Shown piece by piece: positions 36,620 to 46,560 of a stretch of DNA of 64,000 nt (positions within the stretch are counted from its first letter, which is position 1; every line of letters begins with the position of its first letter). The DNA is from Candidatus Bathyarchaeia archaeon (lineage in GTDB: Archaea; Thermoproteota; Bathyarchaeia; Bathyarchaeales; Bathycorpusculaceae), in the NCBI GenBank assembly GCA_050015395.1, contig JBEKBM010000003.1, positions 1 to 64,000 of the forward strand, read 5' to 3'. The notes under the pieces are model-generated. The model was not told the DNA's origin, did no database searches, and saw only the letters and a program-made list of their open reading frames with translations. The position numbers and the translations under genes were made by a program.

Positions 36620-37456
36620 TTGAAAGTGCAAAGGCAAAATGATTGGCAGGAAATCCTCATCCAATGCAAAAACAACGTGCAAACCAGCATTCAACCATGC
36701 TTATCAACCGTCAGGGAACCTCAACCTAACTTGGGCACGGGCGCTGGCGGAGACGCTATGAAGCCGGTGGATTTGGCGGCTGAAAAAGCAATAGTTGACA
36801 CCCTAAAGCAGTATAGTGTTTCTTTCACTTTGATTAGTGAAGAGTCAGGGGTAAAAAAATTCGGCGCGGCACCCCAAGAATGCTTTGTTACAGTTGACCC
36901 GATAGATGGGACCACGAACTTGATGCATGGTTTGCCCTTCTATGCTTGCTCTATTGCGGTTTCGGGAAAGCCCATGCTTGCCGATGTTTACGCGAGTATG
37001 GTTGCTGACCTTTTCCACGATGTAACTTACACTGCACTTGAAGGGAAGGGGGCTTATCGGGATGGCGAAAAAATACAGACGTCAAAGACTGCTTCTTTGG
37101 ATGAGGCAGTTGTAGGCTTAGACTTAAACACTTACAAAGTCAAGGAGTTCGTGCCTAAATTAACCGCTTTGATTGAGAAAACAAAGCACATCAGGCACTT
37201 TGGCGCTAACGCACTCGAACTTTGTTACGTTGCCAATGGCTTGACAGACGCGTTTGTAGATGTTCGCGGGAAGCTTCGCACGACTGATGTGGCAGCTGGC
37301 TTTCTGGTTGTGAAAGAGGCTGGCGGAATAGTTTCTACACCTGAAAATCAAGTCTTAAACGTTGCGTTGGATCCTAAGCAAACCTTAAGTTTCATAGCTT
37401 CAGGTAACATGGAAATTCATAGAAAAATCATAAGCTTGGTTAAATCCGCATGTTAA
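36620..37456 (+). CDS. suhB: Inositol monophosphatase / FBPase family
   Basis: ISEE, VDPIDGTTN, RHFGANAL, DVAAG. Confidence 0.9.
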   Translation: MKVQRQNDWQEILIQCKNNVQTSIQPCLSTVREPQPNLGTGAGGDAMKPVDLAAEKAIVDTLKQYSVSFTLISEESGVKKFGAAPQECFVTVDPIDGTTNLMHGLPFYACSIAVSGKPMLADVYASMVADLFHDVTYTALEGKGAYRDGEKIQTSKTASLDEAVVGLDLNTYKVKEFVPKLTALIEKTKHIRHFGANALELCYVANGLTDAFVDVRGKLRTTDVAAGFLVVKEAGGIVSTPENQVLNVALDPKQTLSFIASGNMEIHRKIISLVKSAC

Positions 37457-38292
37457 ATTTGCTTTGGCCTCACCCTGCAGCACTCATAAAAAATGGAAAA
37501 ACTAAAACTCTTCTTATCGCTGACCCGCACCTCGGCTGGGAAATGGGGCTTCAAGAAAAAGGCATCCATATCCCAAGCCAAACGCCTAAAATTCTCAACA
37601 AACTAACGGCAATAATCACCAAGTACAAGCCAGAGCAACTGGTTATCCTTGGCGACGTAAAGTACACGGTTGTTTCCAGTGAACTGGGCGAGTGGCATGA
37701 TATCCCAGATTTTTTTGCAAAACTACAAAGCTACGTTGGCGACATAGCTATTGTACGTGGTAACCATGACGCTAACCTTGAACCGCTGCTACCAGAAAAC
37801 GTCAAGATTTTGCCTGCAACAGGAGAGGTAATTGGTGATGTAGGCGTTTTTCATGGTCACAAGTGGCCCTCGCCAGCCTTGCTGCAATGTAAAACGTTGG
37901 TTATGGGACATTTGCATCCAGTTGTGGTTTTTCGTGACCCTGCAGGCTTTAAAATTACAAGGCAAGTGTGGATGAAAGCAAACTGTGACACGGAAGCTTT
38001 AGCGAAGATTCTGTTGCAAAAACACAACGTAAAAATCGAAGGCACCGTTGCTGAAACACTCAAGAAGCACTATAATATCAGACTGAAGGCGAAGGAAATT
38101 TTCATAATGCCAAGCTTCAACGATTTCCTAGGCGGCAGACCAGTAAACGAAACAAGACCCAGAAAAGAAATTGGTAATGAAGCGTTGATTGGGCCAGTTT
38201 TGCGTTCGGAAGCCGTCGATGTTGATAATTCTGAGCTTTATCTTTTGGACGGCACTTATCTTGGGACTTTAAACCAGCTCAGGAGCCTATAA
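37450..38292 (+). CDS. Metallophosphoesterase (ICC-like, archaeal)
   Basis: ADPHLG, LGDVK, RGNHD, FHGH, GHLHP. Confidence 0.88.
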   Translation: MLNLLWPHPAALIKNGKTKTLLIADPHLGWEMGLQEKGIHIPSQTPKILNKLTAIITKYKPEQLVILGDVKYTVVSSELGEWHDIPDFFAKLQSYVGDIAIVRGNHDANLEPLLPENVKILPATGEVIGDVGVFHGHKWPSPALLQCKTLVMGHLHPVVVFRDPAGFKITRQVWMKANCDTEALAKILLQKHNVKIEGTVAETLKKHYNIRLKAKEIFIMPSFNDFLGGRPVNETRPRKEIGNEALIGPVLRSEAVDVDNSELYLLDGTYLGTLNQLRSL

Positions 38293-38686
38293 GAAAAGTC
38301 CAAGTGAACTACTCGCCCGCTTACAAAAAGAAAGAAAAAAATTTTTAATGAACCTTTCAGCACCCGTTTTAAGCTTATTTTACATAACAGAGCCTGTTTC
38401 AGGCTGATTCGTCATGTCACGCATCAACATTGAAACTCGTCACGCAAATACATAGAAACCTGACAATATCAATAACCTAAAACAACTACCTTGAAGGGCA
38501 CCTACGCCTTCCTTTTCCTTCCCCTAATGGCCGAGGGATTGGCTGAGAAAGAAGTCACATTTGCCTAAGATGGCACTTGAGGTTCTAAATTAGCTGAGAA
38601 GACTATTGATTAGTGAGGGTTTGCTGGTTAACTCTTATATTTCCCTGCATGTTATAAGCATAACATAGTTTGAGGGAGGAAAAAAA

Positions 38687-38842
38687 ATGAAACTAGTAAC
38701 AGTCCTGTTACCAGAAGCTTATCTGGAAGGTTTAGATGAATTAGTCCGTGCTAACATGTATCCAAGCAGAAGCAGCGTAATTAGGTCTTCAGTACGCGAC
38801 CTACTTAAAAAAGAGCTCTGGGAAAACAAACGCCAAAGATAA
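38687..38842 (+). CDS. Small RHH transcription regulator (CdrS/CopG-like)
   Basis: MKLVTVLLPEAYLEGLDELVRANMYPSRSSVIRSSVRDLLKKELWENKRQR*; GGAGG ribosome-binding site; below the ORF-track cutoff. Confidence 0.85.
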   Translation: MKLVTVLLPEAYLEGLDELVRANMYPSRSSVIRSSVRDLLKKELWENKRQR

Positions 38843-38846
38843 ACCG

Positions 38847-39614
38847 CTAAGTACGCTTTAATGAAGCACAAAGTTTCTTTGCCACTTGAGCTGGGTCTTC
38901 TGCAAGAGTGATTTCTCGCCCAACGATGAGGTAGCTGGCGCCTGCTTTAAGCGCCGTTTCCGCGGCTCCACCCTGGACGCCGATGCCAGGTGAGTAAATG
39001 GGCACTTTTTCCCCAAGAATCTGCTTTATTTCCGCTATTTTTTGCGGGTAAGTTGCTCCGACCACCACTCCGTCAGCACCCCACTTCAAGGCTTTTTTAG
39101 CAAAAGAAACATACTGCAGCGTTTTTCCTCCTGTTTCAGCGTCGATTATTGTTTGGCCGTAGCCTTCAATAGCTCCTTTATGGCTCATGTAACAGAGAAG
39201 TATGACGCCTCGCCCAAGCCGCTGGGAAACTTCAAAGAGCGGTTTTAAGCCTTCGTCCCAGCCTACGAACGGGTTAGCGATTAAAGCGTCAAAACCAGCA
39301 GCATAATAATAATCCGCTATCACCTGATTAGTGGCTCCGATGTCGTTTACTTTAGCATCCATAATCGCCAACAGTCCTTGTCCGCGGATTTGCTCCACAA
39401 GTGGCTGCACGCCGTCAAAGGTGCCGAGCGGAAGCACAAGATGATGATTTATCTTCACGGCGCAAATGTAGGGGTGGACTGCTTTGAGGATTTTTTGGGC
39501 TTTAACCAAAATTTTACTTCGGTTCTCTGGAGCTTCAAAGGGAAAATCCAACGCCAAAACAATTGGTGAATTCTTACTTTTGGCTGCTTCTTCCATTTCC
39601 GCTTTAAACGACAA
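38847..39614 (-). CDS. pyrF: Orotidine-5'-phosphate decarboxylase
   Basis: LALD, DAKVNDIGAT, VVGAT, SPGIGVQGG, IVGREI. Confidence 0.93.
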   Translation of the reverse strand: MSFKAEMEEAAKSKNSPIVLALDFPFEAPENRSKILVKAQKILKAVHPYICAVKINHHLVLPLGTFDGVQPLVEQIRGQGLLAIMDAKVNDIGATNQVIADYYYAAGFDALIANPFVGWDEGLKPLFEVSQRLGRGVILLCYMSHKGAIEGYGQTIIDAETGGKTLQYVSFAKKALKWGADGVVVGATYPQKIAEIKQILGEKVPIYSPGIGVQGGAAETALKAGASYLIVGREITLAEDPAQVAKKLCASLKRT

Positions 39615-39705
39615 AGTGATGCCTCTTGCTCTACTGTTGAACGCTTAGCTATTTCATTTTTTCGCCTGTTCTCGTATTTTGCTCATTGAAACAATATAAA
39701 TGATG

Positions 39706-39802
39706 TTGAAAAGCATTGAAAAGCAATGAAAAACACCGTCGTCGGTTCCATGCAGAACTATGTTGAATCATATTTGAAGCATATTAGAAGCATCTAGTAG
39801 AC
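39706..39802. repeat. Degenerate 10-11-bp tandem repeats in the pyrF/aconitase divergent intergenic region
   Basis: TTGAAAAGCA TTGAAAAGCA ATGAAAAACA; ATATTTGAAGC ATATTAGAAGC. Confidence 0.55.
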
Positions 39803-39958
39803 CCGGGGGTAGACTAATGCGCACACACAACTCGAAAGCAAAAACCAGCCATTAAAAGTGAAATTTATAAGAGAAGCTTAATTTCCTTCAACAAATAGGC
39901 ATATAAGAATAAGTGCAAGCTAACTCCATAAATTTGCACTACTTGCAAGGGAAAACAA

Positions 39959-41884
39959 ATGAAAAAGACCATTGCGGAAAAAGTTATCGCTCAACACTTA
40001 GCTGCAGGAAAAATGGAGCTGGGGGAAGAAATTGCCTTAAAAATAGACCATACCTTAACTCAGGATTCTACGGGCACCTTAGCTTATCTTGAGTTTGAAG
40101 CCATGGGAGTTTCAAAGGTCAAAACTCAGCTAAGCCTAAGCTTTGTTGACCACAACATGCTTCAGAATGACTTCAGAAATGCAGATGATCACCGCTACTT
40201 GCAAGGAGTTGCAGCTAAATACGGTATTGTTTTCTCGCGTCCAGGCAACGGCATCTGCCATCAACTCTATCTTGAACGTTTTGCCCAACCATCCCTGACG
40301 CTTTTGGGAAGCGATAGCCATACTCCGACTGCTGGTGGCATGGGCATGATTGCTATTGGCGCGGGAGGACTCGGTGTTGCCGCAGCCATGGCGGGAGAAC
40401 CCTTCTATCTTGAAATGCCAAGTATCTTCGGGGTAAAGTTAACTGGGAAGCTGTCGCCTTTTGTTTCAGCCAAAGACGTTATTCTCCAAGTACTCAAAGA
40501 ATTGACCGTGAAGGGCGGAGTAAACAAGATTCTGGAATACTTTGGCTCAGGAGTTAAACCCTTAAGCGTTCCTGAACGAGGAACCATAGCGAATATGGGC
40601 ACGGAAACAGGAGCAACAACATCAATTTTTCCATCTGACGAAACAACAAGGCTTTTCCTGTGTGGGCAAGGAAGAGAAAACCAATGGAAAGAGCTCAAAG
40701 CGGATGACGACGCAAAATACAGTGAAATTCTTGATGTAGAACTTGGGGCAGTTGAACCGTTAATAGCGTTACCCCATAGCCCAGACAACGTTAAACCAGT
40801 AAGTGAAGTTGAAGGAACAATAGTAGACCAAGTGTGCATTGGCAGCTGCACCAACTCGTCACTTAGAGACTTAAAAATTGTCTCTGCTCTGCTGAAGGGC
40901 AAAAAAATCAGCGACAACGTCAGCCTTACTGTTTCGCCGGGTTCAAGGCAAGCCTTACAGAACCTAGCAGCTACTGGTGAACTTGAGCCCTTAATTCAGT
41001 CAGGCGCCAGAATACTTGAAAACGCTTGCGGTCCATGCATTGGAATTGGGCAAGCTCCGACAACCGAGGGCGTGTCGCTTAGAACGTTTAACCGCAACTT
41101 TAAAGGCCGATCTGGAACGCAGGATGCGAAGGTTTACTTGGTTAGTCCAGAAACAGCAGTTGCATCAGCTATTACTGGTAAAATTACGGATCCACGAAAA
41201 CTCGGCATGTACCCAGAGATTAGCTTACCGGAAAGGTGTGTTTTCAGCGATAACATGTTCATTTACCCCTCAGTGAAGGCAAAAACCCCCGTCGTTATGG
41301 GTCCCAACATTAAACCTCTATCATCATTCAAGCCGATGCCCGACCGATTAACAGGTGAAGTGTTGCTAAAGCTTGGCGATAACGTTTCAACCGATGACAT
41401 TTTGCCAGGAGGTACGGAAATCATGTCTTTGAGAAGCAACATTCCCGAAATAAGCAAATACACTTTCTGCCGTCTTGACAAAACTTTTGCGTCCCGAGCC
41501 ATCGAGAAAAACGGCGGGTTCATTGTCGGCGGCGAAAATTACGGTCAAGGCTCCTCGCGGGAACACGCTGCGTTGGCGCCTAAATATCTTGGCGTAAAAG
41601 CGGTTATAGCCAAATCTTTCGCTAGGATACATATGGCTAACTTGGTTAATTTCGGAATTCTACCCTTAATGTTTACAGATAAAAAGGATTATTCAGGAAT
41701 CGAGCAAGGTGACGCGTTGGATTTGGATGTTAAAGACTTAAATGAGCGCCTGCTTGTGAAGAATCTGGGTAAGGGCACAAAAATAGATGTTACCTTAAGC
41801 CTCAGCGAGTTAGATAAGGGCATTGTTAAAGCAGGCGGAAAACTAGCCTCTATAAAGGCAAAACAGAACACAAAAAACCTTTAA
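39959..41884 (+). CDS. Aconitate hydratase (single chain, about 640 aa)
   Basis: QDSTGT, GSDSHTPT, GSCTNSS, CGPCIG, FNRNF, YGQGSSREHAAL. Confidence 0.9.
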   Translation: MKKTIAEKVIAQHLAAGKMELGEEIALKIDHTLTQDSTGTLAYLEFEAMGVSKVKTQLSLSFVDHNMLQNDFRNADDHRYLQGVAAKYGIVFSRPGNGICHQLYLERFAQPSLTLLGSDSHTPTAGGMGMIAIGAGGLGVAAAMAGEPFYLEMPSIFGVKLTGKLSPFVSAKDVILQVLKELTVKGGVNKILEYFGSGVKPLSVPERGTIANMGTETGATTSIFPSDETTRLFLCGQGRENQWKELKADDDAKYSEILDVELGAVEPLIALPHSPDNVKPVSEVEGTIVDQVCIGSCTNSSLRDLKIVSALLKGKKISDNVSLTVSPGSRQALQNLAATGELEPLIQSGARILENACGPCIGIGQAPTTEGVSLRTFNRNFKGRSGTQDAKVYLVSPETAVASAITGKITDPRKLGMYPEISLPERCVFSDNMFIYPSVKAKTPVVMGPNIKPLSSFKPMPDRLTGEVLLKLGDNVSTDDILPGGTEIMSLRSNIPEISKYTFCRLDKTFASRAIEKNGGFIVGGENYGQGSSREHAALAPKYLGVKAVIAKSFARIHMANLVNFGILPLMFTDKKDYSGIEQGDALDLDVKDLNERLLVKNLGKGTKIDVTLSLSELDKGIVKAGGKLASIKAKQNTKNL

Positions 41885-41959
41885 TCAATAGTGTGCGCCG
41901 CGGCAAATGATAAACTTCGGAAGCCCTTTTTCATGTTATGTTATTAAAAAAGTAGAAGG

Positions 41960-42676
41960 TTAAACAGCCCACACCGATGAATTAGTAAGTTGCCAAGTGA
42001 TAATTAAGTTCATTTGTGGGTTGTTGTATTCTTGAACATTAGTCATGATAGTAAGCATTCCTGTTTGCTTATCGAAATAGACACCTATGAAATTATCTTG
42101 GTCTGTACTGCCTGTTGGATCATTCATATTGGTAAATACATTTTCTATTGACCAGTAGTTTCTTTGCCTAGTGCTGTTAGCATATGTTTGAGTGTCTGTG
42201 CTGTTAACAATAAGATTCTCATCTCCTCCCTTAGGGCAAAGCAGGTTATTTACGTTGAGGTTGGGAGCGTAAATACCCCAAAATCCGTTTTGATCTCCTA
42301 GGTTTCCATTAGATATATCAATCGTTTGTGACTGCTGGATGTCTGTTCCATTTTTGAATACCCAATCAGTACTAAACGAGACAATAGAGCCATTGATTCC
42401 TGTTATGGCAACTTCATAGTACTTTGTATCGTTTAAGTCCGAGAAACCAGGATATTCTGAGTCTGGATTTGCACCTGAAGTAAACAACACCGACTCGCCA
42501 GTTATGTTGTAAAAGAAGGTGTCGCCAACATGGACGCCTGGCACTATCAGCTTAGAACTTTTAGTTGAAGAAGTTTCAGTTGTATAGACTATTGCAGCAG
42601 TAGCAATGCATAATACAGCCAAGAGAATGATGGCAGCAATCAATTTGGTACTCATAACTTTCTCTTTCTTGGGCAT
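41960..42676 (-). CDS. Membrane-anchored or secreted hypothetical protein
   Basis: N-terminal hydrophobic helix; N/T/S-rich beta region; YFDKQTGML. Confidence 0.75.
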   Translation of the reverse strand: MPKKEKVMSTKLIAAIILLAVLCIATAAIVYTTETSSTKSSKLIVPGVHVGDTFFYNITGESVLFTSGANPDSEYPGFSDLNDTKYYEVAITGINGSIVSFSTDWVFKNGTDIQQSQTIDISNGNLGDQNGFWGIYAPNLNVNNLLCPKGGDENLIVNSTDTQTYANSTRQRNYWSIENVFTNMNDPTGSTDQDNFIGVYFDKQTGMLTIMTNVQEYNNPQMNLIITWQLTNSSVWAV

Positions 42677-42829
42677 AAATTATGATTGCAGTATTCGGGT
42701 ATTTAGTTGTTTTCCCAAAAGCCGTCATAAAACAGGCGCTGGCTAAATTGCAGAAAAATTAAATTATTCATTTCTAATAGGGAAGTCTTTGCGGTAAATT
42801 TAAGAGAAAGGACTTTTAATAAGAATTCG

Positions 42830-43903
42830 GTGGAAAATTTGATTTGTCACAATTGTGGTGCTCAGATTCCAGATGATGCAGCGTTCTGTGAAAAATGTGG
42901 AACAAGCACAACATTAACTACGCCTAAAGCAGCTGTAGCTTCGGCTTCGCCTGTTGTTGCGCCTTCTGGAGTAGCATCGTTGAAATGCCCGAGTTGCGGT
43001 GCGCCTATCGCGCCCAAGTTTGGAGAGATGGTTATAACCTGCGAGTATTGTGGCAGCGCAGTTACTCTGGGAACCCAAGGCTGGACTAACATACAGAAGC
43101 AGACAATGCTTCTTTTGAAGGTCGCCACCGTTGACGAAGTGAATTCAATAATCACGCCGATGATGGACAAGGGTCTTCTGCATAGACATCTTCACGAAGA
43201 CTCCAAGCAGGAGGAAATGAGCCTCACGTACGTTCCTTACTGGATTGTGAGCGTCTCTGCCCGTACGAGCATCACCGCTACTGATGAAACCGCACAAATT
43301 GCCCAGACTGCTACAACCGCCGCGTTGATGGGCGTAATATTCGGCGGGATGGGTGGTGGTTTCGGCGGAGGAGGGCGGGGTGGTTTCGGAGGAGGCAGGC
43401 GCGCTTTTGAGGGTGGATTTGGAACAGGCGGCCTGTTGACTGGTGTTCTTGGGTTGAAGCGGATACGGATAATGGCTTTCGGAATGGGGATGGGATATGG
43501 CGGCGGAATGAGAAAGTCTGAGCAAATGGACGCGAACTACAATTTTCCCGTAATTGCGCTAAAGGCTCTTACGGACTATCAGCCGCGGGACTATCAATTC
43601 AATCTCGAGGGCAGAGCGCTGTTTGACATTTCCAAGTTGCCCAAGGGCGTTACGATCCTCAACGGGGACATCGGCGAAGATGTTGCCAAATCCCAGGCAA
43701 AGACCCTGGTCGATCAGCTTCAATCACAAAAGGCGCACGCGAAATATCACATGATCCAGTCGATAAACACCGAGTCGGACGTTGGGGACGTGGAGCTGCT
43801 CCACGCTCCGGTATGGTTCGCAAAGTACGACCACAAGGGGAACAAAATCGTGTTGGTCATTGACGCCAACTCTGGCAGAGTGATCAACAGCTTCGGCCTC
43901 TAA
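42830..43903 (+). CDS. Double zinc-ribbon protein with a Gly-rich insert
   Basis: CHNC..CEKC, CPSC..CEYC, YVPYW, HAPVW; GGGFGGGGRGGFGGGRR. Confidence 0.8.
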   Translation: MENLICHNCGAQIPDDAAFCEKCGTSTTLTTPKAAVASASPVVAPSGVASLKCPSCGAPIAPKFGEMVITCEYCGSAVTLGTQGWTNIQKQTMLLLKVATVDEVNSIITPMMDKGLLHRHLHEDSKQEEMSLTYVPYWIVSVSARTSITATDETAQIAQTATTAALMGVIFGGMGGGFGGGGRGGFGGGRRAFEGGFGTGGLLTGVLGLKRIRIMAFGMGMGYGGGMRKSEQMDANYNFPVIALKALTDYQPRDYQFNLEGRALFDISKLPKGVTILNGDIGEDVAKSQAKTLVDQLQSQKAHAKYHMIQSINTESDVGDVELLHAPVWFAKYDHKGNKIVLVIDANSGRVINSFGL

Positions 43904-44238
43904 GAGCGGCAGCGCGCTTCTATGCCTTTGCGCTCGTCTCTTTTTTTCCTTTGAATACACACGTGGTACCCAAAATACTAAAAAGCAATAAGGATTCCTG
44001 ACGTTGTGGTTAACCCTGTGACTGCATTTGGAACATAAGCGGCTTCTGGAAGGATTGGCGATTATGCCTAAACCAAAAGCAGTAACGATTACAGTTATTA
44101 GTATATCCAGAGCCTTCAGCCATTCAAACCGTATTTCAACCATGTGTTTGAGGCTGCCTTGGTGGAGTTACAGGCGGTGAAGCGCTAAGGTTTGCCAACC
44201 AAACCATAAACAAAGAAGAAAGAGCAGCCAGAGCCTAA

Positions 44239-44805
44239 TCAAGCTTTTTTGGTGAAGAAGAAAACGCCGTAACTCTTGTATGGCTGCATCTGCTTAAGTT
44301 TGAAAATGCCTGCTTCAATTTCTGCTTTTAACGCTTCGGGATTTTGAACTGGCGCGCCAGGGAAGATGCCTTTCTTTGTGACCTCCACAATTATCAGCTT
44401 ACCTTCAGGCTTGAGAATCCTGCCGAACCCTTTTAAAACGGCTTCACTTTCACCAACCTCATGGTAAACTGTTACAAGAAGAATCATGTCAACTGAGCTG
44501 TCCTCGAGTTGAATGTTTGCGCCGTTACTTTGCAAAAACTGGATGTTCTTAACTCCTACCTTAGCGGCTTTGTTTTGGGCTTTCTTAAGCATCTCGAGTG
44601 AAAGGTCAACCGCCACCACCCTTTTGGCTTTTTTTGCAAGTTCTATGATGTAATAGCCTGGTCCACAACCGAAATCTACCACTACATCGTTTGGGTTTAT
44701 GGCAAGTTTCTCCACGAGTTCGGAAGGCGGCTGAATCAACCGTCTGAGCGGATTATCTAAAAAGAAGGCGCCTGATGCTGAATACGGGTGTCCTTTATGT
44801 GACAG
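44239..44805 (-). CDS. Class I SAM-dependent methyltransferase
   Basis: VVDFGCGPG motif I; frame is open upstream through FLDNPLRRLIQPP to a CTG at 44805 (start uncertain). Confidence 0.85.
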   Translation of the reverse strand: MSHKGHPYSASGAFFLDNPLRRLIQPPSELVEKLAINPNDVVVDFGCGPGYYIIELAKKAKRVVAVDLSLEMLKKAQNKAAKVGVKNIQFLQSNGANIQLEDSSVDMILLVTVYHEVGESEAVLKGFGRILKPEGKLIIVEVTKKGIFPGAPVQNPEALKAEIEAGIFKLKQMQPYKSYGVFFFTKKA

Positions 44806-45608
44806 GTTTTCAACTCTCCGTTAAGTTGATGTTTCTGAACTACTTTTTGTTTGTTAAAGAATATATGCTTTATATTTAGAGTCAATGCGGTTTACTCAAT
44901 GTTAGTTTTTCCGTCGCTAAATTCCGCAGCTAACATGCTTTCCAGATGGTGTACCGGCATTTTACGCGTGGTTTTCATAGCTAAAATGCGTCCCTGGCTC
45001 CTACTTATAGGGGGATAAGTATGCTAACATGGTTTCATGATACAGGGTTTTTTCTAAAAATGTGAGTTCCAAGTTTGCAATTACGAGACACATACATAAA
45101 TGAGTCTACAAAAAATGTCATAGCATGAATAAGGAGAAACTAATGAATTGGATCCATTTTTCATGGCGCGTTTCGTGTATTTCTCAAGCACCTATTTGAA
45201 GGCTTCATCCAAATCTACGTTATAATAATTTGCTTGCGGGCCATCATACGATTTACTTATAATGAGTGCAGGGGTGGAATTTGGACTCCCAATAGACAGG
45301 AGACCTTGCCAATCAAACGTTTTCCCCATTCTTTCCCTCTTTTTTCGTTTGCATTTTGGAAAAAAACATGGGCGCCTCTTTTTGATTTGCTTTATGGCAA
45401 GCTAGTGAGCGCTCTGCTGGCTTCTTGAAAGAGGTTTGCTTTCCAAAAAGAGAAAAAAGGTGTTGTGAAGGTTATTGGCGTCTATTTCTTGGTCTTGGCT
45501 GGTTGGTTTTTCTCTTTTGCTTTCGCTGCTGAAGCTACAATCTATGTCGTTGTTGTTCCATTGCTTGTCGGTGAAGGATCAGCGACTTTTTTCTGTTGTG
45601 TTGCGAGG

Positions 45609-46559
45609 TTACTTGGAGAGGAATCTCCAGGAGAGAACTATTCCGATTGCAGATAATATTATCGCGAATCCTGTCACAACCGCGAAGTCAAGCCATAGAC
45701 TATTCATGCCTGTCGCTCCAATCAATACCTGTCTTATTCCGTCGACTGCGTAGCTTACGGGGTTAACTCTTACGACGTCTTGAAGCCAAGCTGGCATTAT
45801 TTTTACCGGAAACAATGCGTTACTTGCGAATAGTAGTGGGAGGTTGAGTAGGTTTATGATTGCCATTTGTGTTTGCCAATCACCTGATCTTAGCGCGAGC
45901 ACCGTGAACAACGCAGATAACCCGACGGCCATAAGGAAGATGATGAGGAATGCACCAGCGATTCCTTGAGGGGTGAAATTTGCCGTATCCATCCCGAGAG
46001 CTACTGCAACCACTAGAACTATGGCTGCTTGTATCAGGGATCTACCGACACTTTGTAGGATTTTGCCCATCACAATTGATCCGCGTGCAACTGGTGTGCT
46101 CAGAGCTTTGTTTAGGAAACCGAATCTACGGTCGAAGACTACTGACATTCCGCTGAACGCGGAAGTGAAGAGGACGATGAAAGCAAGCATTCCGCATGAC
46201 AAGAATGAGAAGTAGCTTGTTGTTCCGAAAAAGTTCTTCAAAATTATGTCCTGTTGTGCTATGGTGGCTCCTGACCCGGCGATGAAGGACCCAAAGTTCA
46301 GGGCTTTGCCGAACAAGCCAAGCCAGATAATTGGTTGAATTAGTGACACAAAGAGTTGTATTGGGTTAGTGTACCACTTTCGAAGGTCTCTGTTTGTCAG
46401 CGCCCACAGGCCGTGAAAGGGACTCCTGCTGAGCTTTGGAGCTGTCCTGAACCTTTGTTCCTGCTGGGCTGAAACCTGTTCGGGCGTTTTGGTTTGGTCT
46501 TCGGGGTCTTTTGAAGCTTTGATTTTGGTGTTTATCGTGTCTTCGTCCATGATTGTCAC
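45609..46559 (-). CDS. ABC-2 type permease (DrrB-like)
   Basis: Multi-TM; DRRFGFL..L.TPV, NPVSYAVD. Confidence 0.9.
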   Translation of the reverse strand: MTIMDEDTINTKIKASKDPEDQTKTPEQVSAQQEQRFRTAPKLSRSPFHGLWALTNRDLRKWYTNPIQLFVSLIQPIIWLGLFGKALNFGSFIAGSGATIAQQDIILKNFFGTTSYFSFLSCGMLAFIVLFTSAFSGMSVVFDRRFGFLNKALSTPVARGSIVMGKILQSVGRSLIQAAIVLVVAVALGMDTANFTPQGIAGAFLIIFLMAVGLSALFTVLALRSGDWQTQMAIINLLNLPLLFASNALFPVKIMPAWLQDVVRVNPVSYAVDGIRQVLIGATGMNSLWLDFAVVTGFAIILSAIGIVLSWRFLSK

Positions 46560-46560
46560 C

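Noticed and set aside
39615-39700. uORF MSKIREQAKK upstream of pyrF
   Set aside because: Its ATG lies too close to the putative TATA box to be transcribed, and it has no informative codon bias.
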